Positions 48,684 to 58,794 of a DNA stretch of 64,000 bases are shown piece by piece (position 1 is the first letter of the stretch; every line of letters starts with the position of its first letter). The notes beneath the pieces are model-generated. The model saw only the letters and a program-made list of their open reading frames with translations. It did no database searches and was not told the origin of the DNA. Source of the stretch: Bdellovibrionota bacterium (GTDB lineage Bacteria > Bdellovibrionota_C > UBA2361 > CAKMMH01); contig JBMNLI010000012.1 in the NCBI GenBank assembly GCA_050952645.1, positions 192,001-256,000 of the forward strand. The letters are read 5' to 3'. Both the position numbers and the translations under genes were made by a program.

Positions 48684-49748
48684 ATGAAAGAAAAAGTTTG
48701 CCAATTAGTTCATACTTTAAGTTATGGAGATGCGATATCTGGAGAGGTTATCGCTATGCATAGACTTTTAGAAGAAAACGGTTTTGAAAGTAATATATAT
48801 TCGATTAACACTCATCCTAAATACAAAGGATTAACTAAAAATTATAAAGAACTTCCCTTAGATACAACGGCAAAAGTCATTTTACACTATTCTTTAGGTT
48901 CCGATTTAAATAGGGTGTATGAGAACTTAAATAGTGCAAAAAGAGCATTAGTATACCACAATATTACGCCATACCATTTTTTTGAAGGAGTAAATCCTAG
49001 GATAGTTAATGATATAAAAAGTGGTATATTAGAGTTTCCAAAGCTTTGTAAAATAACAGACTTAATTATAGCCGACTCTTCTTTTAATGCGTTAGATATA
49101 GAAAAATTAGGTCTAGAAGCAAAGGTGCTTCCTCTTTTATTCGATAATAAAAAGTGGAATATCGAAGCAAACGTAGGGATTGAAAGTATTTTACAAAAAG
49201 ACAATACTATAAACATTCTGCACACTGGAAGATTAGCTCCTAATAAATGTATAGAAGATATTATAAAAAGTTTTTATTTTTTACATCATAAAATAGAAAA
49301 AAACTCTAAGTTGTATTTAATAGGCATAGATGTAGATACTGAAATATATTCTTTTATGTTAAAAGAGTTAGTAGCTGCATTAAATTTAAAAGATGCAGTG
49401 CGCTTTTGTGGTTCAGTAGCTGACAGTGAGCTAAAGGCTTTTTATAAAAACTCTTCAGTTTACTTGTCTATGAGTGAACACGAAGGGTTTTGCGTTCCTA
49501 TTTTAGAAGCGATGAATTTTTCTCTTCCAGTAGTATCGTATAAAAGCACTGCTTTAGAAGATACCGTAGGAAATGGCGGAATACTTGTAAGCGAAAAAAA
49601 ACACGAATACATTGGAGAGATTTTATATAAAGTAGCAACGGATAATAAAATAAGACAGGAGATGATTAAAGCAGGTAAAGAGCGAATTAGTGAGTTTAGC
49701 GAAAAAAATTTTTCTAAGAAATTTTTAAATTTAGTAAAATCTTTTTAA
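48684..49748 (+). CDS. GT4-family glycosyltransferase
   Basis: YHNITP, GRLAPNK and SEHEGFCVPILEAM (EX7E) motifs. Confidence 0.92.
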   Translation: MKEKVCQLVHTLSYGDAISGEVIAMHRLLEENGFESNIYSINTHPKYKGLTKNYKELPLDTTAKVILHYSLGSDLNRVYENLNSAKRALVYHNITPYHFFEGVNPRIVNDIKSGILEFPKLCKITDLIIADSSFNALDIEKLGLEAKVLPLLFDNKKWNIEANVGIESILQKDNTINILHTGRLAPNKCIEDIIKSFYFLHHKIEKNSKLYLIGIDVDTEIYSFMLKELVAALNLKDAVRFCGSVADSELKAFYKNSSVYLSMSEHEGFCVPILEAMNFSLPVVSYKSTALEDTVGNGGILVSEKKHEYIGEILYKVATDNKIRQEMIKAGKERISEFSEKNFSKKFLNLVKSF

Positions 49749-49771
49749 ATAGTTTTAAAATAAAAAATAAA

Positions 49772-50941
49772 ATGAAAAATAGTGTAGCATTAGATATAAG
49801 TGCTTTAAATCCAGCGTTTAAAGAGCATGCAAAAAGAGGCATTGGAAGATACGTAAGAGAGATATATCAATTTTTAAAAAATGATAATGAGATTTTTTCT
49901 CTTTCAACTTTTGACCAATGCACACTTCTTAATAATTATGAGAAAAAAATAATATCTAGTCTTCCATGTGGCAAACAAAGTATTAGTCAACAAATTTTTA
50001 TTCCTTATAAATTAAGAAGGCACACACGCAGTGCAGATTTTATACATTTTCCAGCACATACCGATGTGCCACTTTTAGCCCCTAGACCATATATCGTAAC
50101 TGTACTAGATTTAATATACTTACTTTTTAAAGATTTATACGACCAAGGAAATTATAGAGCTAGGTTTGCTAGAGCACTTGAAATAGCATCTATAAAAAAT
50201 GCCGATATGATTATCGCTATAAGTGAGTGCACTGCAAACGATGTTTTTAAACTTTTAAAAATACCTTATGAAAAAATTAGAGTTACGCATCTAGGTGTAG
50301 ATGAATCTTTTTTTAATTTAGTTTTAGATAGAGATTATGAGAATAATTTTAGAAAAGAATATAACTTATTAGATAGCACAAAAATTATTTTATACGTTGG
50401 CGGAATAGATCAAAGGAAAAATTATAAGACTTTACTAGAAACTGTAAAGATTTTACAAGATAAATATAAAGAAAATAAAGCTTTCGATTTTAGGCTCGTT
50501 ATGGTTGGGAGCATTCAAAACGATAGACAGTACCCAATATATAAAAACTTAATAAAAGAATATAAAATAGATGATATCGTTATAGAAGCTGGCTTTTTAG
50601 AAGATAGTAATTTAAAATCACTATATAAATTTTCTACTCTTTTATTTTTCCCGACGTTATATGAAGGTTTCGGCCTTACTCCATTAGAGGCTTTAGCTAG
50701 TGGTTTGCCAGTAGTGGCATCTAATACTCCTGCTGTTAAAGAGGTAGTAAGGGATTTTGCACTCACAGCAGATGCTAAAGACTCTAAAACCTTTGCTTCT
50801 TATATTGATAATTTATTTTTAAATATTGATTTAAGAAAAAGACTATCGGTTGAAGGGATAGAACACGCTAAAAATTTTACGTGGGAAAAAACTGGCGAGA
50901 AGACTATAGAAGTGTATGAAGAAATGTTTAAAAAAATTTAA
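49772..50941 (+). CDS. GT4-family glycosyltransferase (mannosyltransferase-like)
   Basis: RGIGRY, RKNY and YEGFGLTPLEALASG motifs. Confidence 0.92.
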   Translation: MKNSVALDISALNPAFKEHAKRGIGRYVREIYQFLKNDNEIFSLSTFDQCTLLNNYEKKIISSLPCGKQSISQQIFIPYKLRRHTRSADFIHFPAHTDVPLLAPRPYIVTVLDLIYLLFKDLYDQGNYRARFARALEIASIKNADMIIAISECTANDVFKLLKIPYEKIRVTHLGVDESFFNLVLDRDYENNFRKEYNLLDSTKIILYVGGIDQRKNYKTLLETVKILQDKYKENKAFDFRLVMVGSIQNDRQYPIYKNLIKEYKIDDIVIEAGFLEDSNLKSLYKFSTLLFFPTLYEGFGLTPLEALASGLPVVASNTPAVKEVVRDFALTADAKDSKTFASYIDNLFLNIDLRKRLSVEGIEHAKNFTWEKTGEKTIEVYEEMFKKI

Positions 50942-51000
50942 TGTTTAATATATTTAATGTTTAATATATTTAATGTTTAATATATTTGATGTTTAATATA
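50941..51000 (+). repeat. 16-bp tandem repeat (ATGTTTAATATATTTA x ~3.7)
   Basis: Read directly in the intergenic spacer. Confidence 0.9.
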
Positions 51001-51017
51001 AAAAGAAAAGAAGTTAT

Positions 51018-52995
51018 ATGGATTATATGGAAAGGAAAGATTGGATATTATTTACTTTGCTTTTGCTATTAGGTTTAGCGTTAAGATTAGATTTTTTAAT
51101 TGCTAATAATTTTACTATCGACTCTGATGAGGCGATAGTCGGGATTATGGCAAAACATATAAATGAAGGGATAGCAAGACCAGTGTTTTATTATGGGCAA
51201 CACTACTTAGGAAGTCTTGAAAGTATGATTGCCGCTTTGTTCTTTAAAATTTTTGGAATAAATGAGATTTCTCTAAAAGCAGTGCCACTTACGTTTTCCA
51301 TTATTTTTATAGCACTTATATTTTTTCTTACTAAAGAGATTTTAAATAAAAAATATGCTTTTTTTGCTATGCTTTTAGCTAGCGTAGCGCCGTCGAGTTT
51401 AATAATTTGGTCTGGAAAGGCTCGCGGAGGGTTTATTGAGGTCGTTGTACTTGGAGCTTTAGCGATGCTTCTATCGTTTAAATGGCAAAAGAGCGAAGAT
51501 AAAAATAAGCTTCTTACGTTCGTTATAGCTGGAGTTTTAGGTCTAGGCTGGTGGGTAAATAATCAGATTATATATTTTATACCAGCGATTATCATTATTT
51601 ATCTAACGAGAATCTTATGTGATAAGCGTGATTATCTAATTAAAAAAAGACTAGCCATATACGACCATTTTCTAATTGCAGTCGTAGGTTTCTTTTTAGG
51701 GAGTATATTATTTTGGATATATAATTTTAGACACAATTTTATCTCTTTTGAAATGCTACAATCAGACCCTACGAACTTTATAGAACATGCAAAGAATTTT
51801 TTTAAATACTCGCTTCCTATTATCTTAGGAGCTAAAAGGTATTGGTCTAAAGCAGATATTTTTCCATATTTAACTTTGATTTCATATTCTTTACATATAT
51901 TTTTAGTTTTAGCTTTTACATTTTATAAGAAAGAAAAAAAAGAGGTTATAGGAATTTCTTATGGTGGAAGTTTCTTAGTTGTTTTTATTTCAACATTCTT
52001 TTTTTTCTCGTATAGTAAGTTTGGAAGTCTATATTTAGCTCCGAGATATTTACTGCCTCTATACGTTATAATATTTCCAGTGTTAGGTGTAGCGATAGGA
52101 AAGCTTTACGATAAAAATAAATTTTTAGGTATAACTTTTCTAATCGCTTTGCTATCTTTATATTTAATAAGTGATTATGGAAAAAGGAGAGCTCTTTTAG
52201 GAGAACCGTTAATATTTGAGGAACAACGAGCATCTGATGATCATAGCGATGTAATTTCATGGCTTAGAAAAAATAAGATAAATGTAATAAGGACAAATTA
52301 TTGGATAGGTTATAGACTTGCGTTTGAAACTAAGGAAGATATTAAGTTTTTAGTTTCTGGTATTCCTCATACGATAAGAATAAAAAGTTATGAAAGTTTA
52401 GTCTCTGATGATAAGAGAGATTTAGTTCCTTTTTTAGCAGTCCCTAGAGAAGCTAGATATATCAGAAATGCTTTAACTTACTTAGGTTTTAGTTATAAAC
52501 AAAGAAGATTTAAAAACTACAGACTTATATATAATATTAAGAAAAACTATAACGATAGCGATTTAGTGCAAGTTAGTAAAAACTTAATTTCGATAGAGGT
52601 TTCAGATAACGAAGCGTTAAAACACGCTATAAACGACAGCAATATTGAAACTAGATGGGGTTCAGGAAGAGGACAAGCTTCTGATATGTATGTAAAATTT
52701 AGTTTTGCTATTCCTACTAAGTAGATATTATAGAATATATTTTAGGCAATTGGGAGCATGATTATCCTAGAGAGCTTGAGATAAGAGGGGTAAATAAAAA
52801 AGGTGAGGAAAAATTTTATTAACTCCAAATGATTATAAAATGTTTTCTTATTATTTAGGTTCTTCTTCCTCAAAGCCAAAGTTTAAAATACCTAGCGATA
52901 AATATAAGAGTATTACTTTCTATCAAAAAGGGACTGATTCTTTTTTTGATTGGTCGATAGCTGAGATGAATTTTTATTCGCAGAAAGATAATTAG
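51018..52995 (+). CDS. GT-C (ArnT/PMT-like) membrane glycosyltransferase with C-terminal F5/8 type C (discoidin/CBM32-like) domain; two frameshifts near the 3' end
   Basis: DSDEA..G.MA, FYYGQHYLG and PRY motifs with many TMs. After the called stop (52724) shifted frames continue VDIIEYILGNWEHDYPRELEIRG and then ...QKGTDSFFDWSIAEMNFY...* ending at 52995. Confidence 0.75.
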
Positions 52996-52997
52996 TT

Positions 52998-53087
52998 TTA
53001 ATTGAATTTTATTTTAAAAGCTACTGCGACTACTGCAAGAAAAAGTAGTAAATTAAAAATGATTAAAATAATGAATGCTTTTTTCAT
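52998..53087 (-). CDS. Possible 29-aa membrane/signal-like peptide
   Basis: MKKAFIILIIFNLLLFLAVVAVAFKIKFN*; fills the intergenic gap; no clear RBS. Confidence 0.35.
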   Translation of the reverse strand: MKKAFIILIIFNLLLFLAVVAVAFKIKFN

Positions 53088-53151
53088 AAAAATATTTTTA
53101 TCATAATTATATTAAAAATTCCATAAGTTAATTTAACTCGGAGCTTGTTTT

Positions 53152-54009
53152 ATGAATAAATATAAAGAATGTCTAATAGTCATACCTGCAAGATACGCTT
53201 CAAAACGGCTCGAAGGAAAGCCACTAATAAAAATTTTAGGAAAAGAGATGGTGCAGAGAGTTTATGAAAACGCTATGCTAGTAGCAAATAAGTTAAAAGA
53301 TGTAAGCGTTGTAGTTGCAACTGATGATAGTAGGATTTTAGAATTTTGTAATAATAATAATATAAATGCGCTATTAATCGATGCTCCTTGTAGGTCTGGA
53401 ACTCAAAGAGTGATAAACACTTTGCTTAAAATTAACGATAGCCATATTAAGTATGTAATAAATCTTCAAGGCGATAATCCTTTGTGTCCTCCTTGGTTTA
53501 TAGAAAATATAATAAATGTGTTAAAACGAGATGAAAATGCAGATATCGTAACGCCATGCGTAAATTTAACTTGGGAAAATTTAGATAACTTAAAGAAGAT
53601 AAAAGAAAGCACGCCATTTTCAGGAACGACCGTCGTATTTAACGATAACTTTAAAGCGTTATGGTTTTCAAAACAGATTATCCCTGCTATAAGAAATGAG
53701 AAAGAGTATAGAGAGCAAAGTAATTTTTCGCCAGTATATCGCCACGTAGGTTTGTATGGTTTTAAAGCAGACATTCTTTTAAATAAAATAAGCGGCTTGT
53801 CTGAAACTAAGTATGAAAGATTAGAGGGGTTAGAACAGCTCTCTTGGCTTGAAAATAATTTAAGTGTAAAAGTTATTATAGCTGACTATAAAGGAAGGAG
53901 TGAAATGTCTGGAGTTGATACTAAAGATGACCTTTTACGTGCGGAAAGTATAATAAAAAAAGAGGGAGATTTTAAAGTCGATTATTACGGTTCTTCACGT
54001 TTTAGGTGA
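53152..54009 (+). CDS. kdsB: 3-deoxy-manno-octulosonate (Kdo) cytidylyltransferase
   Basis: IPARYASKRLEGKPL, VATDD, SGT.R, NLQGD.P, HVGLY and EGLEQL motifs. Confidence 0.9.
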   Translation: MNKYKECLIVIPARYASKRLEGKPLIKILGKEMVQRVYENAMLVANKLKDVSVVVATDDSRILEFCNNNNINALLIDAPCRSGTQRVINTLLKINDSHIKYVINLQGDNPLCPPWFIENIINVLKRDENADIVTPCVNLTWENLDNLKKIKESTPFSGTTVVFNDNFKALWFSKQIIPAIRNEKEYREQSNFSPVYRHVGLYGFKADILLNKISGLSETKYERLEGLEQLSWLENNLSVKVIIADYKGRSEMSGVDTKDDLLRAESIIKKEGDFKVDYYGSSRFR

Positions 54010-54092
54010 GTTAGAAAAATTGTTTTTGGGCTTCGTGGAGGTGAGTGATACTAATTTTAAGGTCTAAAACCCACCTTAAAACGTGAAGAGCC
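53989..54092 (+). mobile_element. ISL3-type MITE, short form (104 bp)
   Basis: GGTTCTTCACGTTTTAGG...CCTTAAAACGTGAAGAGCC; flanked by the direct repeat GATTATTA (53980-53987, 54093-54100). Confidence 0.9.
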
Positions 54093-54128
54093 GATTATTA
54101 TGCATTAGATGAGGCATAAAAAACTAAT

Positions 54129-54779
54129 ATGCAAAATTTAAGAAATATTATTTTAAATATAACAAACATTGAATACAAAGATATAGGAGTGCTTTTTGAT
54201 AAGTGTGAAGTAAAAGAGCAAGTATTAGCCGAGCTTGATAGAATAAAAAACTTTTATTTAACTAAGGCAAGTGTTAGTAAGCAAAACCGTTATCTTATAA
54301 ATGTTTCAGGTATCCCTGGGGCTGGAAAGACTACTTATTGTAAAAAAATCTTGGAAACTTCTAAAGAGTTTAACTATATTTCATTCGATGAAATTATGGA
54401 GCAAATATCGCACTATAAAATTGATGCTAATGTTAATCAAAGAGAAGCCTTTTTAACGTGGGAAGCTCCTGCAAAAATTTTAGGATATGAAATTTTAATT
54501 GAGCTTTTGTTAAAAGGAAGCCCAATTTTGTTTGAACATAGTTCTGCAAACTATGAGCATTTAGAATTGTTTAAATATATAAAAGAACATTTAGGTTATA
54601 AGATAGAAATGGTTTTTATACCGATTGCTTTAAAGGATGCACTTTCTAGAATAAAAAAAAGAGAGCGTGCTACAAAAAGGTATATTCCAGAAGAAATTAT
54701 AGTAGATAGAAAATTTTTTTTACAAGAAGCAATTCCTAAGTATAAAAAAATTGTAGATGTTTATAAGGAGGCAAAATAG
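54129..54779 (+). CDS. P-loop kinase, zeta-toxin/AAA_33-like
   Basis: SGIPGAGKTT, ISFDEI and the lid ALSRIKKRERATKRYIP. Confidence 0.7.
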   Translation: MQNLRNIILNITNIEYKDIGVLFDKCEVKEQVLAELDRIKNFYLTKASVSKQNRYLINVSGIPGAGKTTYCKKILETSKEFNYISFDEIMEQISHYKIDANVNQREAFLTWEAPAKILGYEILIELLLKGSPILFEHSSANYEHLELFKYIKEHLGYKIEMVFIPIALKDALSRIKKRERATKRYIPEEIIVDRKFFLQEAIPKYKKIVDVYKEAK

Positions 54780-54784
54780 GTCAT

Positions 54785-55507
54785 ATGAGACAAGCGACAC
54801 TTATAGTAGCAAGACATGGGAACACTTTTTTAAAAGATGAAGTCCCTACTAGAGTTGGCGTTAGAACGGATTTGCCACTAGTAGAAAGTGAAAAAGGAGA
54901 GAGGATAGGAGAGTATTTAAAAAATAACGATTTAATTCCAGATGTAATTTACACATCTTATCTTTTAAGAACTATTCAAACGGCAATTTTTGCTACTAAG
55001 TCTATGGGTCTAAAGGAGGTTCCTTTTATAGTATCTAAGAAATTTAATGAGATAGATTATGGCGTCGATGAAAATAAAGCGGAGCTAGAGGTGTGTTATA
55101 GACTGGGCTTTGAAGCGCTTAATGGTAAAATTAGTGGTAAAATTAATGATAAAATTAGCGATAAAATTAACGATAAAAATTTATCTAATCAAGATTATAT
55201 AGATAAAGGAAAAGAAATAATCGATTTATGGAATAGCGATGCGATACCTCCTAAAGGCTGGCTAGTAGATACAAATAAGATTATAGACGATTGGAAAAGT
55301 TTTAGTAAGGAGATAGAAGAAAAATACCAAGGCAAAAATATTTTAGTAGTAACGAGCAATGGTATAATAAAATTTTTACCACATATTACGAGAGATTATA
55401 AAGAGTGTTATAAAAAGCATGGAACGAAATTAAAAACGGGCGGCATCGCAATATTTGAAAAAGATAAAGACGCTTCTTACTGGACTTGTAAAGCTTGGGG
55501 GGTATAG
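54785..55507 (+). CDS. Histidine phosphatase (phosphoglycerate mutase-like) family protein
   Basis: ARHGNT, S.L.RT.QTA, NEIDYG and VTSNG motifs. Confidence 0.88.
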   Translation: MRQATLIVARHGNTFLKDEVPTRVGVRTDLPLVESEKGERIGEYLKNNDLIPDVIYTSYLLRTIQTAIFATKSMGLKEVPFIVSKKFNEIDYGVDENKAELEVCYRLGFEALNGKISGKINDKISDKINDKNLSNQDYIDKGKEIIDLWNSDAIPPKGWLVDTNKIIDDWKSFSKEIEEKYQGKNILVVTSNGIIKFLPHITRDYKECYKKHGTKLKTGGIAIFEKDKDASYWTCKAWGV

Positions 55508-55621
55508 TTTTCTTTAGGGAGTATAGTTTTAAAGAGAAGAAATGATTTTTAATTTAAATTTAAGTGTTAATAAAAGTGTTAGTTTTATCAAAAGTGTTAA
55601 TTTTATCAAAAGTGTTATAGT

Positions 55622-56074
55622 ATGAATTTTTGTTTTAAAGAAAAGGAAGATAACATTTTAAAAGTAGTTTGGAATAAACTTAATAGGCAATATTTTCCTG
55701 ACTACGATTTATACGATTACAAAGTTGTGTGGAGTAATAGAAGACAAAAGCGCACGCTTGCTTCGTGTAATGTTAAAAAAAGAATAGTTCGTGTAGCAGG
55801 AGAGCTTAACTATAATGAGCATTACAAGTGGCTCGCTCCACTTTTACACCATGAGATGTGCCATGCGGTTATGGCAGAAGGAGCGATAGATTCAAATGGA
55901 AAATTTAAACGTAAGATAAGGTGGCATGGAAAAGATTTTAAAAAACTTGAAAGGTCCCATCCTTTATATAATGATTTTCAATTTTGGATTAAATCTGGCG
56001 GTTGGCAAAGAGCAATAAGGAGTGCTAGGACTAAAGAGTGGTGGAAAAAGGTTAAAAATGTTTTTAAAATATAA
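55622..56074 (+). CDS. SprT-like zinc metalloprotease domain protein
   Basis: LN..YF, HEMCH and HGKDFK motifs. Confidence 0.82.
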   Translation: MNFCFKEKEDNILKVVWNKLNRQYFPDYDLYDYKVVWSNRRQKRTLASCNVKKRIVRVAGELNYNEHYKWLAPLLHHEMCHAVMAEGAIDSNGKFKRKIRWHGKDFKKLERSHPLYNDFQFWIKSGGWQRAIRSARTKEWWKKVKNVFKI

Positions 56075-56966
56075 AAGATTTTATCTTATTTTTTTTATAG
56101 TGCTATTAGTATCTTTAGTATGCTTATTTTATAAAATGCATATAGATACTTTTAACCTTAAAGTAAATAAAGTAGAACTAGCTTACGATAATCTCCCTAC
56201 ACCTTTAAACGGATATAAAATCGGTTTTGTTTCAGATATCCATTTAGGACCATCTAGTAGCATCGATTTTTTAAATTTAATAATTAAAGAACTTAACTCT
56301 CTTAATTTAGACTTATTATTATTAGGAGGAGATTATATTTGGATTAGAAAACATCGAGTGTTTTCTTTTAAAAGAAATAATTTATATAGCAATACAAATA
56401 ATAAAATTAATATTAGAAATATTTATAAAGATATTATAGATAATTTTTCAAAAGTAGAAACTAAAGATGGCATTATAGCAATTTATGGAAATCATGATAA
56501 TTGGCTATACCCAAAAATATTAAAAAAATTTGCAGATAATAGTAAGATACGTCTTGGAAAGGGAGAAGTGTTTAATATTAAAAAAGGTGATGCTTTAATT
56601 TCAGTTCAAACTTTTGATGACTTTTGGAAGACGCTTCCTAGTAAAAAAGATGTTTATAAGAAATTAGGTAAAAATGAGTTTAGAATTTTGCTTGCTCATA
56701 ATCCAGATACTATAAGTTTCCTAGACCGTTATTTTCCTACTAAGTATAATTTATCACTCTCTGGGCATACGCACGGAGGACAGATTAAGCTTCCACTAAT
56801 TCAAAGAATGTCAAATACGTATTACAACGAAAATATTAAAAAATTAAGCGTGCTAAAAGAAGATAGCACTTATCACTATACATCGACTGGGCTAGGATTT
56901 ACCTCAGTGCCTTTTAGGCTTAATGTGCCACCTGAAATTGCTGTGTTTACATTAAAAAAGAAATAA
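56058..56966 (+). CDS. Membrane-anchored metallophosphoesterase (YkuE/YaeI-like)
   Basis: SDIH, GGD, GNHD, HNPD and GHTHGGQ motifs; start placed at ATG 56058. Confidence 0.9.
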   Translation: MFLKYKRFYLIFFIVLLVSLVCLFYKMHIDTFNLKVNKVELAYDNLPTPLNGYKIGFVSDIHLGPSSSIDFLNLIIKELNSLNLDLLLLGGDYIWIRKHRVFSFKRNNLYSNTNNKINIRNIYKDIIDNFSKVETKDGIIAIYGNHDNWLYPKILKKFADNSKIRLGKGEVFNIKKGDALISVQTFDDFWKTLPSKKDVYKKLGKNEFRILLAHNPDTISFLDRYFPTKYNLSLSGHTHGGQIKLPLIQRMSNTYYNENIKKLSVLKEDSTYHYTSTGLGFTSVPFRLNVPPEIAVFTLKKK

Positions 56967-57096
56967 GTAAAATATAATTTAGTCTTTGTGATTTATTGGC
57001 TTTTGTGATTTATTGGCTTTTATGATTTATAGGAGCAAAGATTTACATCTTGCTTATGCAAAGTAGTATTTAAATTATTAAGCTAAATGGTTAATT

Positions 57097-58329
57097 ATGG
57101 ATAAAAAAAAGTTTATTAAATTTTTTTCTTGCTTGCTACTAATTATATTTACACTTTTTAGTATAAAAATAATTTACAATACTAATCTTGCAATGGATGC
57201 AAATTGGTTTTTATCTTGGGTAAAGGAATATGCAAATAAAGGATATAGTTTCACAGAGCCAGATTATCCTCCGTTATATTTACACTATTTATACTTATTG
57301 TCCCTAATTGATAATTTTGCTAATCGCACTATTTTAGTAAAGTTCTTATTACAACTTCCTAATTTTATAACACAATTTTTATTTATCGTAGTTTCTACAA
57401 AAATAATATTATCGCAAAATTTAAATAAATTTTTTTCGTCTTTACTTTTAATGCTTATAGCATTCAACCTAGCTATTATTTACAATTCATACGTTTGGGG
57501 GCAAGTAGATATAGTTCCAACATTTTTCGTAGTTTTAAGCATTCTTATGCTTATCGATAATAAATATAGCTTTTTATCTATTCCTTTTTTCTTATTAGGA
57601 ATATTAACTAAATTTCAAATGATAGCTTTTTTCCCTTTATATTTTGGATTACTACTTAATAGAAAATATAGAAAAAATTTAAAGGAGCATCTTTTATTAT
57701 CTTTCTTGATATCGATAAATGTAATATTGCTAGCTTTTCTTCCTTTTATATTAGAGGGTACTTTTAAGGACGTCGTTTATAATGGCTATATAAATGCTAG
57801 CAATAGATATAATGGTCTTTCACTTTCTGCATCATCTATTTGGGTATTTGCATCGGAAAAAATAGGAGATCACAACACTCCACTATTTCAAAATCTTTCT
57901 TTATCGTATCCTGTATTTCGATTTATCACGTATAAAACGTTTGGAATGTTTGTTTTTTCAGTTTGTAATTTTTTTATATTTTTAAAGGCTTATAATATAA
58001 GGTTTAAAAGAGATGTTTTTACTCTTTTAACGCTTTCTGGGTTAATTTTTTATTTGCCACTTACCGCTATGCATGAGCGATATTTAATTTATACTATACC
58101 GATGGTTTTAATAGCGACCATTTATAACAAAAGGTTGTTTATAATATCTATTTTACTAACTATGATTTCGTTTGTTAATATGTATATATGGATGTGCCCA
58201 ACTTCGCACAATAGGCTAATCCTTAAAGTAAACTGTATCTTACTAATTTTAATTACTTTTTGGATTCTTTTTTACGTTTTAAAAGGTAAAAAACTTTACT
58301 TTTTTAAGAAAAGTATTCATAATAATTAA
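57097..58329 (+). CDS. GT-C fold membrane glycosyltransferase (ALG6/mannosyltransferase-like)
   Basis: DYPP, WGQVD, K.Q and MHERY motifs in a polytopic protein. Confidence 0.78.
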   Translation: MDKKKFIKFFSCLLLIIFTLFSIKIIYNTNLAMDANWFLSWVKEYANKGYSFTEPDYPPLYLHYLYLLSLIDNFANRTILVKFLLQLPNFITQFLFIVVSTKIILSQNLNKFFSSLLLMLIAFNLAIIYNSYVWGQVDIVPTFFVVLSILMLIDNKYSFLSIPFFLLGILTKFQMIAFFPLYFGLLLNRKYRKNLKEHLLLSFLISINVILLAFLPFILEGTFKDVVYNGYINASNRYNGLSLSASSIWVFASEKIGDHNTPLFQNLSLSYPVFRFITYKTFGMFVFSVCNFFIFLKAYNIRFKRDVFTLLTLSGLIFYLPLTAMHERYLIYTIPMVLIATIYNKRLFIISILLTMISFVNMYIWMCPTSHNRLILKVNCILLILITFWILFYVLKGKKLYFFKKSIHNN

Positions 58330-58433
58330 GATTTTAAAGAATTTTTAAATTTTTATCAGTTTTTTAAGTTTAAGCGATTGATATAAATATATTTAAAAAA
58401 AATACATAGATCTAAAAAGGAGGTGAAAAAATA

Positions 58434-58727
58434 ATGACAGAGGATACGAGTAAAAATTTAAAGCAGGCTCCCTGGGGAAGTGGCGTTCCACCAGTAAGTG
58501 ATAATAAAAACGAAGCCGCTCTAGAGGTTGTAGTAGAGCATGGGATGGATAAGGCGATGAAAATCTTAAAAAGAAAGCTTATAAAAGAGGGATTATTTAA
58601 AGAGTTAAAAGCGCGTCGTTATTTTGAAAAACCTTGTGAAAAAAGAAAGAGAAAACGTAAAGAATCTGAAAAGAAAGCAAGAAAAGAAAATGCAAGGCAA
58701 AAGAGAGGTCAATCGTTGTTTTCTTAA
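58434..58727 (+). CDS. rpsU: 30S ribosomal protein S21 with N-terminal extension
   Basis: DKAMKILKRKL..EG...ELK.RRYFEKP..KRKRK; strong AGGAGGT RBS before ATG 58434. Confidence 0.9.
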   Translation: MTEDTSKNLKQAPWGSGVPPVSDNKNEAALEVVVEHGMDKAMKILKRKLIKEGLFKELKARRYFEKPCEKRKRKRKESEKKARKENARQKRGQSLFS

Positions 58728-58743
58728 AGTTTTCTAATTATTT

Positions 58744-58794
58744 AAAAAGAGTGGAAGTTTTTTTAATTATTATAAAGAGCTTTCACTCTTTTTT
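58744..58794 (+). terminator. Rho-independent terminator-like hairpin after rpsU
   Basis: AAAAAGAGTGGAAGTT...AGCTTTCACTCTTTTTT. Confidence 0.6.
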
